From contig NZ_JBBEXD010000003.1 of the NCBI RefSeq assembly GCF_037782385.1, positions 230,520-294,519 of the forward strand: a stretch of DNA of 64,000 bases. The letters run 5' to 3'. This document shows positions 50,852 through 60,513 of the stretch, in pieces. The first letter of the stretch is position 1. Each line of letters begins with the position of its first letter. The position numbers were made by a program, and so were the translations under genes. The notes under the pieces were generated by a model that did not search any database, was not told the origin of the DNA, and worked only from the letters and a program-made list of their open reading frames with translations. Source of the stretch: Ascidiimonas meishanensis (GTDB taxonomy: Bacteria; Bacteroidota; Bacteroidia; Flavobacteriales; Flavobacteriaceae).

Positions 50852-51421
50852 TTATTCATTTGATGCTTTAAGTATATCCCTGCAAATTTTTAAATGATGC
50901 TGGGTGTGTATTTTTAAAAATCGTTTAGCATCCTCTCGGTGCAATTGACCAAAATATGGATGAGTGAAATTAGAGTTCTTGGGAAGTGAATCTAAAAGTG
51001 CTAAGTTGCTTAAAGCTGTTTCCATATGTTTATCTAATATCTCTGAAGTAACCGCACCCTGAGGACGAATTTTATCTGATGATTTTGCTTGACCTCTTGG
51101 AATATGTTTTGTTGTAAATAAAATGAGCTTAGGCAGATTGAAAGCAGACTTATAATTATTGGGGTCTGAAGTTTTGACAGTTTCGTAAACAGAATTTATA
51201 GTTAAAAATATATGATCTAAATGCCAAGCAATATTAACGGAGGATACATTTGCGTTTTGTAAATGTTCTTTTGATCTTAAAGTGGTAATCTGGGATATTT
51301 CTGCCTTCATATAAGATGGGAATTTTAAGGTAGTTGGTGTAAAATAGGAAATGCAAAGATAAACTAACCCACATGTTATGATTAGAAGGAGTATCAGAAA
51401 TGATTTTTTTAAAAATTTCAT
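50852..51421 (-). CDS. Hypothetical protein, DinB/YfiT-like (DUF1569-like) with N-terminal TM
   Basis: His-containing blocks (AWHLDHI, HTQHHLKI) suggest a DinB_2-type four-helix metal site. Weak. Confidence 0.35.
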   Translation of the reverse strand: MKFLKKSFLILLLIITCGLVYLCISYFTPTTLKFPSYMKAEISQITTLRSKEHLQNANVSSVNIAWHLDHIFLTINSVYETVKTSDPNNYKSAFNLPKLILFTTKHIPRGQAKSSDKIRPQGAVTSEILDKHMETALSNLALLDSLPKNSNFTHPYFGQLHREDAKRFLKIHTQHHLKICRDILKASNE

Positions 51422-51856
51422 TAGTATTAAAATTGAAAGCGATATCCAAAGTCAGTAAAAAACCTATTTGATCAACGCGATCGATATTGCTAGTTAAACG
51501 ATTGTATTTTTCTACAAAAATGTTTTATCGGTAAAGAATATTTTGCAGATTCATATAAATATGATTGTTTTTATTTTTACACTGATTACTAAATTAAATA
51601 GGTTCTCTAAAATAACGATCATTTTCTTTACTTAAGTCAAATTCTTTATTTAAGATTGAAAATTTCTAGCTATAGTGCAATTTTAATGGTTTACAGGTGT
51701 GCTAAAATTCCCTATTTTGCTTGTTAGATGGATGCTGAAAGGAGTTTATTCTGCAAAAAAGAGTGCTCTATCCAAACAATGTATGGATTTACGCTATTTG
51801 AAAAGATATTTCTTTTTAAATCATCATTTTCCTCGTATCAAGTTTCGTACGATTTC

Positions 51857-51890
51857 ACAAAAAAACCTTGCCATAAAGACAAGGTTTTTA
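51857..51890 (-). terminator. Rho-independent terminator downstream of ahcY
   Basis: Minus strand reads aaaccttg-tctttatgg-caaggttttttttg. Confidence 0.7.
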
Positions 51891-51912
51891 AAATATAGTA
51901 TCAAAAATTATA

Positions 51913-53229
51913 TTAGTATCTGTAATATTCAGGTTTGTAAGGACCTTCCACTTTAACACCAATATAACTAGCTTGTTCTTCGTTAAGTTCTTCAAGTTCT
52001 ACTCCAATACGGGCAAGGTGAAGTTTAGCAACTTTCTCATCAAGGTGTTTTGGTAACATATAAACATCATTCTCATATTTATCACTGTGCTTCCAAAGTT
52101 CAATTTGAGCAAGGGTCTGATTTGTAAATGAATTACTCATTACAAAACTAGGATGTCCTGTAGCGCAGCCCAAGTTTACCAAACGCCCTTCCGCTAAGAG
52201 AATAATATCATTTCCATCAACTGTATATTTGTCAACCTGAGGCTTGATATTAACATGTGTTTTACCGTAGTTTTCTTTTAACCAAGATACGTCAATTTCA
52301 TTATCAAAATGACCAATATTACAAACAATAGCTTTGTCTTTCATTTTTTGAAAATGGCGTCCTGTGACAATATCTTTATTTCCTGTGGTTGTAATAACAA
52401 TATCAGCATTACCAACAACCGTATCCAGTTTTTTAACTTCAAAACCATCCATTGCTGCCTGAAGTGCACATATAGGATCTATTTCGGTAACAGTGATAAT
52501 GGATCCAGCTCCTCTAAAAGATGCTGCAGTACCTTTACCTACATCTCCATATCCGCAAACAACTACACGTTTTCCGGCCAACATCGTATCTGTAGCTCGT
52601 CTAATAGCATCTACAGCACTTTCACGACAACCGTATTTATTATCAAATTTTGATTTAGTTACAGAATCGTTTACATTAATGGCAGGCATTGTTAAACTGC
52701 CATTTTTTACTCTTTCATAAAGCCTGTGTACGCCAGTAGTGGTTTCTTCAGAAAGTCCTTTGATGCCTGGAGATAATTCAGGATATCGATCTAAAACCAT
52801 ATTAGTAAGGTCGCCTCCATCATCAAGAATCATATTTAAAGGTTTGCGCTCTTCCCCAAAAAATAGGGTTTGTTCAATACACCAATCAAATTCTTCTTCA
52901 TTCATACCTTTCCATGCATACACCGGTATACCTGCTGCAGCAATAGCAGCCGCCGCATGGTCTTGAGTTGAAAAGATATTACAAGAACTCCAGGTAACTT
53001 CTGCACCAAGAGCCACTAATGTTTCAATTAATACCGCAGTTTGAATGGTCATATGAAGGCATCCTGCAATACGGGCTCCCTTCAAAGGCTGCTCGTTCTT
53101 ATATTCTTCTCGCAATGACATAAGTCCGGGCATCTCTGCCTCAGCCAATTCTATTTCTTTTCGTCCAAATTCGGCTAACGAAATATCTTTTACTTTATAT
53201 GCCACGTAAGGGACTGTTTTTGTGCTCAT
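51913..53229 (-). CDS. ahcY: Adenosylhomocysteinase
   Basis: 438 aa with the NAD-binding GYGDVGKG motif and conserved SAHH blocks. Confidence 0.95.
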   Translation of the reverse strand: MSTKTVPYVAYKVKDISLAEFGRKEIELAEAEMPGLMSLREEYKNEQPLKGARIAGCLHMTIQTAVLIETLVALGAEVTWSSCNIFSTQDHAAAAIAAAGIPVYAWKGMNEEEFDWCIEQTLFFGEERKPLNMILDDGGDLTNMVLDRYPELSPGIKGLSEETTTGVHRLYERVKNGSLTMPAINVNDSVTKSKFDNKYGCRESAVDAIRRATDTMLAGKRVVVCGYGDVGKGTAASFRGAGSIITVTEIDPICALQAAMDGFEVKKLDTVVGNADIVITTTGNKDIVTGRHFQKMKDKAIVCNIGHFDNEIDVSWLKENYGKTHVNIKPQVDKYTVDGNDIILLAEGRLVNLGCATGHPSFVMSNSFTNQTLAQIELWKHSDKYENDVYMLPKHLDEKVAKLHLARIGVELEELNEEQASYIGVKVEGPYKPEYYRY

Positions 53230-53303
53230 ATTTTTATATTTGTTAATCTTTAATAATTAGCAATTTACCTTTTTGCAAAGGTACACATTAACTTTAAAAA
53301 TCA

Positions 53304-53936
53304 ATGCCTCTTCACAAAACTATAAGAGTTAATAACAAAATTACAGTTTATATTTGGAATATAGAAGAAAACCTACATGAATTAAATAAAAATCTTACGA
53401 TAACAAAAAATTGTGAAGACCGTATTGCTAACATGAAATCTGAAATCCATCAACGTGGATTTTTGAGTGTTAGACAATTATTGAAAGTTGCTGGATATGA
53501 ACCTTATGAGCTTTTTTATGATAAGAAAGGAAAACCGCATTTGTCTGATGGAAAACATATTTCTATTACACATTCTTTTATATTTTCTGCGATTATAATC
53601 AGTGAGACAGATGAAGTAGGAATTGATATTGAATTAATAAGAGATAAGATTCAGCGTATAGGTCACAAGTTTGTTAATTATGAATACAATTATCTTAATG
53701 AAAAAGCGCTTACCCAAAAATTAAGTATTATTTGGTGTATTAAAGAAAGCTTGTATAAAGCATTCGCTACCAAAGGTGTAAGTTTCAAAGACCACATAAA
53801 AGTGCTTCCTTTTGATGTTTCCGAGGATGAAGCTATTGCGTGGGTATTATATGAAGGGAAATATGCGAAGTATAAAGCTAACTATTTTTCCATAAATGGC
53901 TATATGTGTTCTTATGCTATAAAAGTAATACCTTAG
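53304..53936 (+). CDS. 4'-phosphopantetheinyl transferase (Sfp-type)
   Basis: GIDIELI and WCIKESLYKA motifs. Confidence 0.8.
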   Translation: MPLHKTIRVNNKITVYIWNIEENLHELNKNLTITKNCEDRIANMKSEIHQRGFLSVRQLLKVAGYEPYELFYDKKGKPHLSDGKHISITHSFIFSAIIISETDEVGIDIELIRDKIQRIGHKFVNYEYNYLNEKALTQKLSIIWCIKESLYKAFATKGVSFKDHIKVLPFDVSEDEAIAWVLYEGKYAKYKANYFSINGYMCSYAIKVIP

Positions 53937-53954
53937 TCAACTATTACGCGGCTT

Positions 53955-54704
53955 ATGAAAAATCAAGTTGGATTTACTTACCAGCATTTATTAGCTTCAC
54001 TCAAACAGAGAGAAAAATTACTTGCTGTTTTGCTTGACCCAGAAGATTTTGTACTTGCAACGGCACAGAAATCAATAAACCAAATAAATCAATCTCCTGC
54101 AACGCATATTTTTGTAGGTGGAAGTACTGTAAAAATAGGCGCTACTTATAAATTAGTTCAACAAATAAGACCCTTAACGTCACTTCCTATTTTAATTTTT
54201 CCTAGTGATGAGCAACAGATTGCGTCTAATGCAGATGCGTTACTTTTTCTGATGCTTTTATCTGGCCGTAATCCGGAATATTTAATTGAAAAGCAGGTAC
54301 GCTCTGCAGCTATTTTAAGAAAACAACCTATGGACACAATTTCTACGGGGTATATTCTCATAGATGGAGGCACTACAACTACTGTACAAAAGGTGAGTCA
54401 TACAACACCCATTTCAATGAATGATTTGTCTCTTATAACAGACACAGCTTTTGCAGGTGAATTATTAGGAAATAAACTTATTTATTTAGAGGCTGGAAGT
54501 GGGGCAATGATACCAATAAACGCAAAGGTTATTGCCAGTGTTAAGAAAAGTATTTCTATACCGTTGATTGTAGGTGGAGGCATAAGATCTTTAGAAGATA
54601 TTAACAGAGCTTATGATGCTGGCGCAGATATGGTGGTAATAGGTACCGCCTTCGAGAAAGACATTACATTTTTTCAAGCAATAAATCATTCAATACTACC
54701 ATGA
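53955..54704 (+). CDS. Geranylgeranylglyceryl/heptaprenylglyceryl phosphate synthase family (PcrB/GGGPS)
   Basis: TIM-barrel blocks: YLEAGSGA and LIVGGGIRSLEDINRAYDAGADMVVIGTAFE. Confidence 0.8.
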   Translation: MKNQVGFTYQHLLASLKQREKLLAVLLDPEDFVLATAQKSINQINQSPATHIFVGGSTVKIGATYKLVQQIRPLTSLPILIFPSDEQQIASNADALLFLMLLSGRNPEYLIEKQVRSAAILRKQPMDTISTGYILIDGGTTTTVQKVSHTTPISMNDLSLITDTAFAGELLGNKLIYLEAGSGAMIPINAKVIASVKKSISIPLIVGGGIRSLEDINRAYDAGADMVVIGTAFEKDITFFQAINHSILP

Positions 54705-54961
54705 AATTATCAGTTGAGCTTACGCTGACCCCACTTCAAAATGATTTTGAAGAGCCTATAATTCACTTTATTAAACAACTTCGTAAATCTGGCTTTAAAG
54801 TGCTTGAAAACCCTATGAGTACGCAGATTTACGGAAATTACGATGAACTCATGCACTATCTTACGGCTGAAATTAAAATAATTTTTGAGAAAAGTGAAAA
54901 TGTTCTCTTATATATAAAAATGGTAAAAACAGACCGAAGTAGTTATGAACGAAATTATTGA
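54701..54961 (+). CDS. DUF77 (MTH1187/YkoF-like) small protein
   Basis: 86 aa following the V.PL....I......SG.K....PM.T.I.G..DELM pattern of MTH1187/YkoF. Overlaps GGGPS by 4 nt and pnuC by 17 nt. Confidence 0.5.
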   Translation: MKLSVELTLTPLQNDFEEPIIHFIKQLRKSGFKVLENPMSTQIYGNYDELMHYLTAEIKIIFEKSENVLLYIKMVKTDRSSYERNY

Positions 54962-55577
54962 TTTTTTTATCAATAGCTATAAAGAAACTACTTGGAGTTT
55001 GATTGTTTTGGAGGCTATTGCATTTATTTTTGGTATTGCCAGTGTTTTTTATGCCCAAAAAGAGAATATATGGGTCTATCCAACCGGTTTGATTGCTACT
55101 GTGATTACGGTCTATTTGTTGTATAAGGCTGAATATTTTGGTGATATGTCTATGAATTTTTATTACTCTGTAATGAGTGTTTATGGCTGGTATAATTGGG
55201 CTAGAAGAAATGGGAATACTAAGTTTGTGACAATTTCCAGCACTAACTTAAGAGAGAAAATTATAGGGTTGTTATTGTGTGTTGCCACCTTTTTGGTTAC
55301 GTATGGTGTTTATAAATATTTTGGGGCAGAAATCAAAACAGAGAATTATATAGATATTTTCACTTCTGGCTTATTTTTTACTGCAATGTGGTATATGGCG
55401 ACAAAGAAAATTGAAAATTGGATTTTATGGATCATAGCAGATTTGATAACGGTACCACTCTATGCTTATAGAGGTTTAGGAATGTTATCTTTGCAATATC
55501 TTATTTTTACGATTCTCGCAATTCAAGGTTATTTGGAATGGAAGAAAAGCTTAGGCAAGAGCCCAGTAATATCTTAA
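54945..55577 (+). CDS. pnuC: Nicotinamide riboside transporter PnuC family
   Basis: Seven TM helices with the PnuC W..N motif (YGWYNW). Confidence 0.85.
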   Translation: MNEIIDFFINSYKETTWSLIVLEAIAFIFGIASVFYAQKENIWVYPTGLIATVITVYLLYKAEYFGDMSMNFYYSVMSVYGWYNWARRNGNTKFVTISSTNLREKIIGLLLCVATFLVTYGVYKYFGAEIKTENYIDIFTSGLFFTAMWYMATKKIENWILWIIADLITVPLYAYRGLGMLSLQYLIFTILAIQGYLEWKKSLGKSPVIS

Positions 55578-56110
55578 AAGTAGTTTTATACGGTCCTGAA
55601 TCTACCGGAAAAACGACACTTTCAAGACAACTTGCAAATTATTATAATACATTATGGGTACCAGAGTATGCCCGTGAATACCTGCAAGATAAATGGGATA
55701 AAGAACAAAAAATTTGTGAACCCAATGATTTAATTCCAATAGCAATAGGCCAAATTGCAACAGAAAATAAGTTAACTAGGAAGGTGTCAGATATTTTATT
55801 TTGTGATACAGATTTACTGGAAACCAAGGTGTATTCTGAAGCGTATTATGTAGGAAATTGTAATCCTTTACTCGAAAAATATGCTTTGCAAAATAAATAT
55901 GACCTTTATTTGCTTACCAATATTGATGTTCCTTGGGAGAAAGACGATTTACGGGATAAACCAGACAATAGGGAAGAGATGTTTATCTATTTTAAACAGG
56001 CACTAGATCTGTATCAGCGGCCCTACATACTTATAAAAGGAAGTAGAAAAGAACGGTTTCAAATAGCAGTTTCAATAATAGACAAATTATTAAATCAAAA
56101 GAAATGTTAA
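55538..56110 (+). CDS. NadR-type ribosylnicotinamide kinase-like P-loop ATPase
   Basis: Walker A GPESTGKTT. RNK-domain length. Coupled to pnuC by a 40-nt overlap. Confidence 0.7.
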   Translation: MEEKLRQEPSNILKVVLYGPESTGKTTLSRQLANYYNTLWVPEYAREYLQDKWDKEQKICEPNDLIPIAIGQIATENKLTRKVSDILFCDTDLLETKVYSEAYYVGNCNPLLEKYALQNKYDLYLLTNIDVPWEKDDLRDKPDNREEMFIYFKQALDLYQRPYILIKGSRKERFQIAVSIIDKLLNQKKC

Positions 56111-57657
56111 CAGCAAAGGATCATGCTATATTAGTAACTAAAAATATATCTGAATCTCAAGTAAAGAGACAACTAGAGATTTTTAAAAGAGGAATACCCT
56201 TTATCTCGCTAGAAGATTCGGCTACACTTGGAAACGGTATTATTAAATGTTCAGAAGTAGAGAAGGAAAATTATATACTTCTATTTGAATCAAAAATAGC
56301 TGAACTAAGTCTTTTGAAGTTTGTACCTGCTTCAGGAGCTGCCTCTAGAATGTTTAAGGTGCTTTTTGAATTTTTAGAAGAATTTGACGCAGAAAAGCAA
56401 AGCTTAAGTGAATATATTAAGATAAATAATCTTGAATCAATCGCTATTTTCTTTCATGAGATTGAAAACCTCCCTTTTTATGATAAAGTTAAGCAAGCGT
56501 TGCAAAAAGAAGGTTTAGAATTATCAAATATAGAAGACGGGAGACAAGCGTACTCTTTTGTGGAAAAAATGCTGCTTTCTAAGGGTTTTGATTATGGAGA
56601 TTTTCCAAAAGGATTGCTCCCCTTTCATAATTATAAGGAACATACTGCGAGCGCGTTTATGGAACATTTGTACGAGGCAGCGATCTATTGCACAAGCAGT
56701 CAAAAAGCAAAATTACACTTTACCATTTCTGAAGCTCATGTGGATAAATTTAGACAAGAATATGAGTACATAAAGAAAAGAGTAGAATCAGATACCGGAG
56801 TTTCCTTTGATGTTTCTTTTTCTTTTCAAAAGGGAACAACAGATACGATTGCGGTAACTCCAGAAAATAATTTTTTTAGAACTGATGAGGGAGCGCTAGT
56901 TTTTAGACCAGCAGGACATGGAGCGCTTATTGAAAATCTAAATGATCAGGATGCCGATATTATTTTTATTAAGAATATTGATAATGTGGTGGTAAATCAT
57001 TTACAACCAGAAATGGCAGTTTATAAAAAAGTACTTGCAGGTAAACTTTTAGAGATTCAGCAGAAAGTATTTGAATTTTCAAAAAAATTGGATGCTACTT
57101 CGCTAAATTCAGACGAAATAGAAGAGATTATTAATTTCTTATATAAAGATTTGAATATAAGATTTACTAAAAATCTATCTGGGGTATCAATCTCAGAAAA
57201 AAAAGCATTAATTTATAAAGCTTTGAATAGACCTATTCGCGTTTGCGGGATGGTTAAAAATGTGGGAGAACCTGGTGGAGGTCCTTTTTGGGTAAGAAAT
57301 AGTGAAGGAGAAGTTTCGCTTCAAATTGTAGAATCTGCCCAAATTAACAAACAAGATAAGAAACAGCACCAATTACTTCAATCTTCAACTCATTTCAATC
57401 CGGTGGATCTTGTTTGTTCAATTAAAAATTATAAAGGTGAAAAATACAATTTACCAGATTTTGTTGATACTGATCAAGGGTTTATTACAGAAAAAACATA
57501 TCTAGGAAGATCACTTAAAGGATTGGAATTACCTGGTTTATGGAATGGAGCAATGGCCGGATGGAATACTATTTTTATAGAAGTACCACTAAGTACATTC
57601 AATCCCGTAAAAACCGTGATAGATCTTTTGAAGGACGCACATCAACCTAAAATATAA
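56104..57657 (+). CDS. DUF4301-family protein (putative nucleotidyltransferase fold)
   Basis: FVPASGAASRMFK resembles a sugar-nucleotidyltransferase P-loop. Recurrently follows pnuC-nadR in Bacteroidota (from memory). Confidence 0.45.
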   Translation: MLTAKDHAILVTKNISESQVKRQLEIFKRGIPFISLEDSATLGNGIIKCSEVEKENYILLFESKIAELSLLKFVPASGAASRMFKVLFEFLEEFDAEKQSLSEYIKINNLESIAIFFHEIENLPFYDKVKQALQKEGLELSNIEDGRQAYSFVEKMLLSKGFDYGDFPKGLLPFHNYKEHTASAFMEHLYEAAIYCTSSQKAKLHFTISEAHVDKFRQEYEYIKKRVESDTGVSFDVSFSFQKGTTDTIAVTPENNFFRTDEGALVFRPAGHGALIENLNDQDADIIFIKNIDNVVVNHLQPEMAVYKKVLAGKLLEIQQKVFEFSKKLDATSLNSDEIEEIINFLYKDLNIRFTKNLSGVSISEKKALIYKALNRPIRVCGMVKNVGEPGGGPFWVRNSEGEVSLQIVESAQINKQDKKQHQLLQSSTHFNPVDLVCSIKNYKGEKYNLPDFVDTDQGFITEKTYLGRSLKGLELPGLWNGAMAGWNTIFIEVPLSTFNPVKTVIDLLKDAHQPKI

Positions 57658-57794
57658 TTCTTACACACTTGTTACACAGCTTGTTTCTTAATTATACAGT
57701 TTTTTAATAAAAATGGATAGATAGTAATTATTGTAAATTTTTTAATCTTTTGAAAATCAGATAATTAAATTCTAATTGTGTGTTTTTTAAATGC

Positions 57795-57810
57795 TGGAAC
57801 GGTTCTTTCA
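57795..57810 (+). promoter_or_regulatory. Sigma-54-like -24/-12 motif TGGAAC-ggttc-TTTCAT upstream of the first PepSY-like gene
   Basis: Near-identical to the motif at 58697-58712. Lies 50 nt before the ATG at 57860. Confidence 0.35.
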
Positions 57811-57859
57811 TAATAGTTATCAAATAAATTTAAATAACGTAAAATTTAAAATAACAATT

Positions 57860-58156
57860 ATGAAAAAATTAGTTTTAGCAGCAGTAATAGCCTTAGGAAG
57901 TCTTTCAGTATTCGCAACTTCCAATTCAATTTCAGACGAATTTTTAAAAATTCAGTTAGTAAATGAAGAGTTTGTAGAAATTTCGATTGAAGAATTACCC
58001 CAAGCTATTAAAGATGCGTTTGCAGCAGACTTTGAAGGAGCTGAAATTGCAAAAGCATATGTTAATGAAGAGAAAAAATATAAGTTAGAAGTTACTATTG
58101 GCGAGGAAGCAACTACGTTATATGCTACCGAAGCAGGCGAATGGATAAATGAATAA
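57860..58156 (+). CDS. Small secreted PepSY-like protein (99 aa)
   Basis: Signal peptide MKKLVLAAVIALGSLSVFA. Pattern LP..IK..F...F.GA.I..A.....KKYKLEV is PepSY_like. Confidence 0.5.
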   Translation: MKKLVLAAVIALGSLSVFATSNSISDEFLKIQLVNEEFVEISIEELPQAIKDAFAADFEGAEIAKAYVNEEKKYKLEVTIGEEATTLYATEAGEWINE

Positions 58157-58192
58157 ATGAATAATACCTCTTTTATTAGAATTAGCATATGA

Positions 58193-58221
58193 AAACCACC
58201 ATCTATAGGTGGTTTTTTTGT
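58193..58221 (+). terminator. Rho-independent terminator
   Basis: aaaaccacc-atctat-aggtggttttttt. Confidence 0.8.
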
Positions 58222-58696
58222 TACCCGATAATTCATAAATAAGAAGAACCTCTGTCAGTAATGTAATCTTTTCAAAATTATTTTACTTCAGTCAATACAT
58301 ACCGCATTCATTTATGATTTTTGATATCAATAAAGGGCTAAAGTAAATACAATGAATAAAGCTTTCAAAAGCAGATCATAAAAATATAGGTTTATCTCTG
58401 GAGAATTGAAGGAGACCGTTACTGGTTCGCTAAGTTTTCCGTATTTAAGTTCTGGATTTAAGATCAATTAAACCTATTTAGCAAGAATTAATTAGTTTGT
58501 AAACTTGTAGAGATATTAATTAGAATAGCATATTTGCCTCTGTTTAATTATTCAATATTTGCAAACTGTATATTAATTATACGATTTGATTTAATTTTAT
58601 ACACATACAGTATGGTTTCATTTAGTTGCAATCTAATCTTGTCTTATAAAATACTGTTTATTAGCTAGTTAAAATTATATTTTTGAACTCATTTTT

Positions 58697-58712
58697 TGGC
58701 ATGACTATTTCA
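58697..58712 (+). promoter_or_regulatory. Sigma-54-like -24/-12 motif TGGCAT-gacta-TTTCAT upstream of the second PepSY-like gene
   Basis: Lies 36 nt before the ATG at 58748. GG and TTTCA spacing matches sigma-54 geometry, but the -12 element is TC rather than GC. Confidence 0.35.
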
Positions 58713-58747
58713 TTATAGTAGAAAGTAGCAATAAAAAAACATGGTAT

Positions 58748-59044
58748 ATGAAAAAATTAGCTATAATATCAACCATTGCTTTAGGAGGTTTTGCGTCTTT
58801 TGCAACTACTCCAGTTATTTTTCACGATGGTATTGTTGAAGAAGTTTTTAATCGGGATTTTCACCATATAGAGATCAGAGATTTACCCAATTTGGTTTTA
58901 AATTATCTTTCGGAAAAGTATCCTGAAGGTGTGATTAATAAAATACATGCTAACAGTTTAAAAGAGTATAAAATAGAGTTAGTTTTAGGTGTAAAGAGCA
59001 CTACGGTATTCCTGAATCAATTTGGGATTCTTCTGCATAGATAA
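58748..59044 (+). CDS. Small secreted PepSY-like protein (98 aa), paralog of 57860..58156
   Basis: Signal peptide MKKLAIISTIALGGFASFA. Pattern LP..V...L...YP...I..I......EYKIEL. Confidence 0.5.
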   Translation: MKKLAIISTIALGGFASFATTPVIFHDGIVEEVFNRDFHHIEIRDLPNLVLNYLSEKYPEGVINKIHANSLKEYKIELVLGVKSTTVFLNQFGILLHR

Positions 59045-59066
59045 GTGCTCTTAAAGTTAAACTTAG

Positions 59067-59098
59067 AAAAGGATGGTAAGAAACCATCCTTTTTTTAT
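59067..59098 (+). terminator. Rho-independent terminator
   Basis: aaaaggatggt-aagaa-accatccttttttt. Confidence 0.8.
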
Positions 59099-59136
59099 GG
59101 AATTTTTGATCAACGAAGATAAATTACTTACTATTT

Positions 59137-60513
59137 TTGTGTAAATGGAGGAAAGAAATGCCCAAAATACTGTTAATTGAGGATGATATAACGTTTTCTA
59201 CAATGCTGGAGCGTTTTTTAATAAAAAACGACTTTAAAGTACAAACAGTACATACTGCAAAGGAAGGACTGAATAGAATTTCTAAAGAAAAATATGATCT
59301 CATCTTTAGTGATGTTAGATTACCAGATGATGACGGAATTAACTTATTGACTAAAATTAAAGCATTAGCTGATGATATTCCTGTGATTCTAATGACGAGC
59401 TACGCGGAGGTTTCAATGGCTGTAAGCGCCATGAAAAAAGGTGCTTTTGATTATATATCAAAACCGTTTAATCAAGATGAAGTATTAGTAGTGATTAAAA
59501 ATGCATTGCATAAAAAGTCAAAGAATTTTATAACTAAAACTTCTTCTTCTAAAAATAGATCAAAAGAAACAAAAGCTTATGGAACTTCTATTAAGGGTGT
59601 TAGCAGTGCTTCTAATAAACTCAATGAATATATTAAATTAGTAGCTCCCACTGGTATGTCAGTTCTTATTACTGGAGAAAGTGGTACTGGTAAGGAAGTG
59701 GTAGCAAGAACCATTCATGAAAATAGTGGTAGAAAAAACAACCCTTTTGTGGCCGTAGATTGCGGTGCAATTCCAAAGGAAATTGCGGCAAGTGAATTTT
59801 TCGGGCATATTAAAGGTTCTTTTACAGGCGCTGTAAATGATAAAAAGGGACATTTTGAAGCAGCAAATAATGGAACTATCTTTTTAGATGAAGTTGGAAA
59901 TTTATCTTACGAAAATCAAATTCAGTTGCTAAGAGCTTTGCAAGAAAGAAAGATAAAACCTATTGGGAGCAACAAAGAAATTGCTGTTGATATAAGGCTA
60001 ATTACAGCTACAAATGAGAATTTATTAAAAGTGGTAAGGCAAGGAAAATTCCGGGAGGATTTATACCACAGGTTAAATGAGTTTTCAATACAAGTGCCCA
60101 GACTGTATGAACGCAAAGAAGATCTAATGATTTTTGCCGATTATTTTCTTGGAGAAGCAAATCAATTATTAGATAAAAATATTTTAGGCTTTTCAGATGA
60201 GGTAATCTTACTTTTCCAAGAATATCCATGGCCTGGTAATTTAAGAGAGCTTTCAAATGTTATTAAAAGATCTGTTTTGTTAACTCAAACAAATATTATT
60301 CAAAAATCGGTATTACCTTCAGAAATTGTAACTGGCAATATACACGAACTCACTTCTGAGGTTCGTTCTTTTTCAAAAAAGGAAAATGAGAGATTACTTA
60401 TAATTAATGCGCTTGCCGAAACTGATAATAATAAATCTCAGGCAGCTAAATTGCTAAAAATAACACGCAAAACACTGTATAATAAAATCAAGGAATATCA
60501 AATTGATGCCTAA
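59137..60513 (+). CDS. Sigma-54-dependent transcriptional activator (receiver + AAA+ + Fis-type HTH), NtrC family
   Basis: Receiver with phospho-Asp (LIFSDVRLPDDDG). GESGTGKEVVARTIH Walker A, GAFTGA-type loop (GSFTGA), and a C-terminal HTH. Likely start MPKILLIEDD (59158). Confidence 0.9.
   Translation: MCKWRKEMPKILLIEDDITFSTMLERFLIKNDFKVQTVHTAKEGLNRISKEKYDLIFSDVRLPDDDGINLLTKIKALADDIPVILMTSYAEVSMAVSAMKKGAFDYISKPFNQDEVLVVIKNALHKKSKNFITKTSSSKNRSKETKAYGTSIKGVSSASNKLNEYIKLVAPTGMSVLITGESGTGKEVVARTIHENSGRKNNPFVAVDCGAIPKEIAASEFFGHIKGSFTGAVNDKKGHFEAANNGTIFLDEVGNLSYENQIQLLRALQERKIKPIGSNKEIAVDIRLITATNENLLKVVRQGKFREDLYHRLNEFSIQVPRLYERKEDLMIFADYFLGEANQLLDKNILGFSDEVILLFQEYPWPGNLRELSNVIKRSVLLTQTNIIQKSVLPSEIVTGNIHELTSEVRSFSKKENERLLIINALAETDNNKSQAAKLLKITRKTLYNKIKEYQIDA

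Noticed and set aside
51699-51956. 85-aa plus-strand ORF in the ahcY downstream spacer
   Set aside because: It overlaps the ahcY terminator and 3' end and is basic and low-complexity with no start context. Probably non-coding.
58691-58720. Calling the TGGCAT-N5-TTTCA motifs confirmed sigma-54 promoters
   Set aside because: The -12 element lacks the GC dinucleotide. They are reported as sigma-54-like motifs or a shared operator only, at low confidence.
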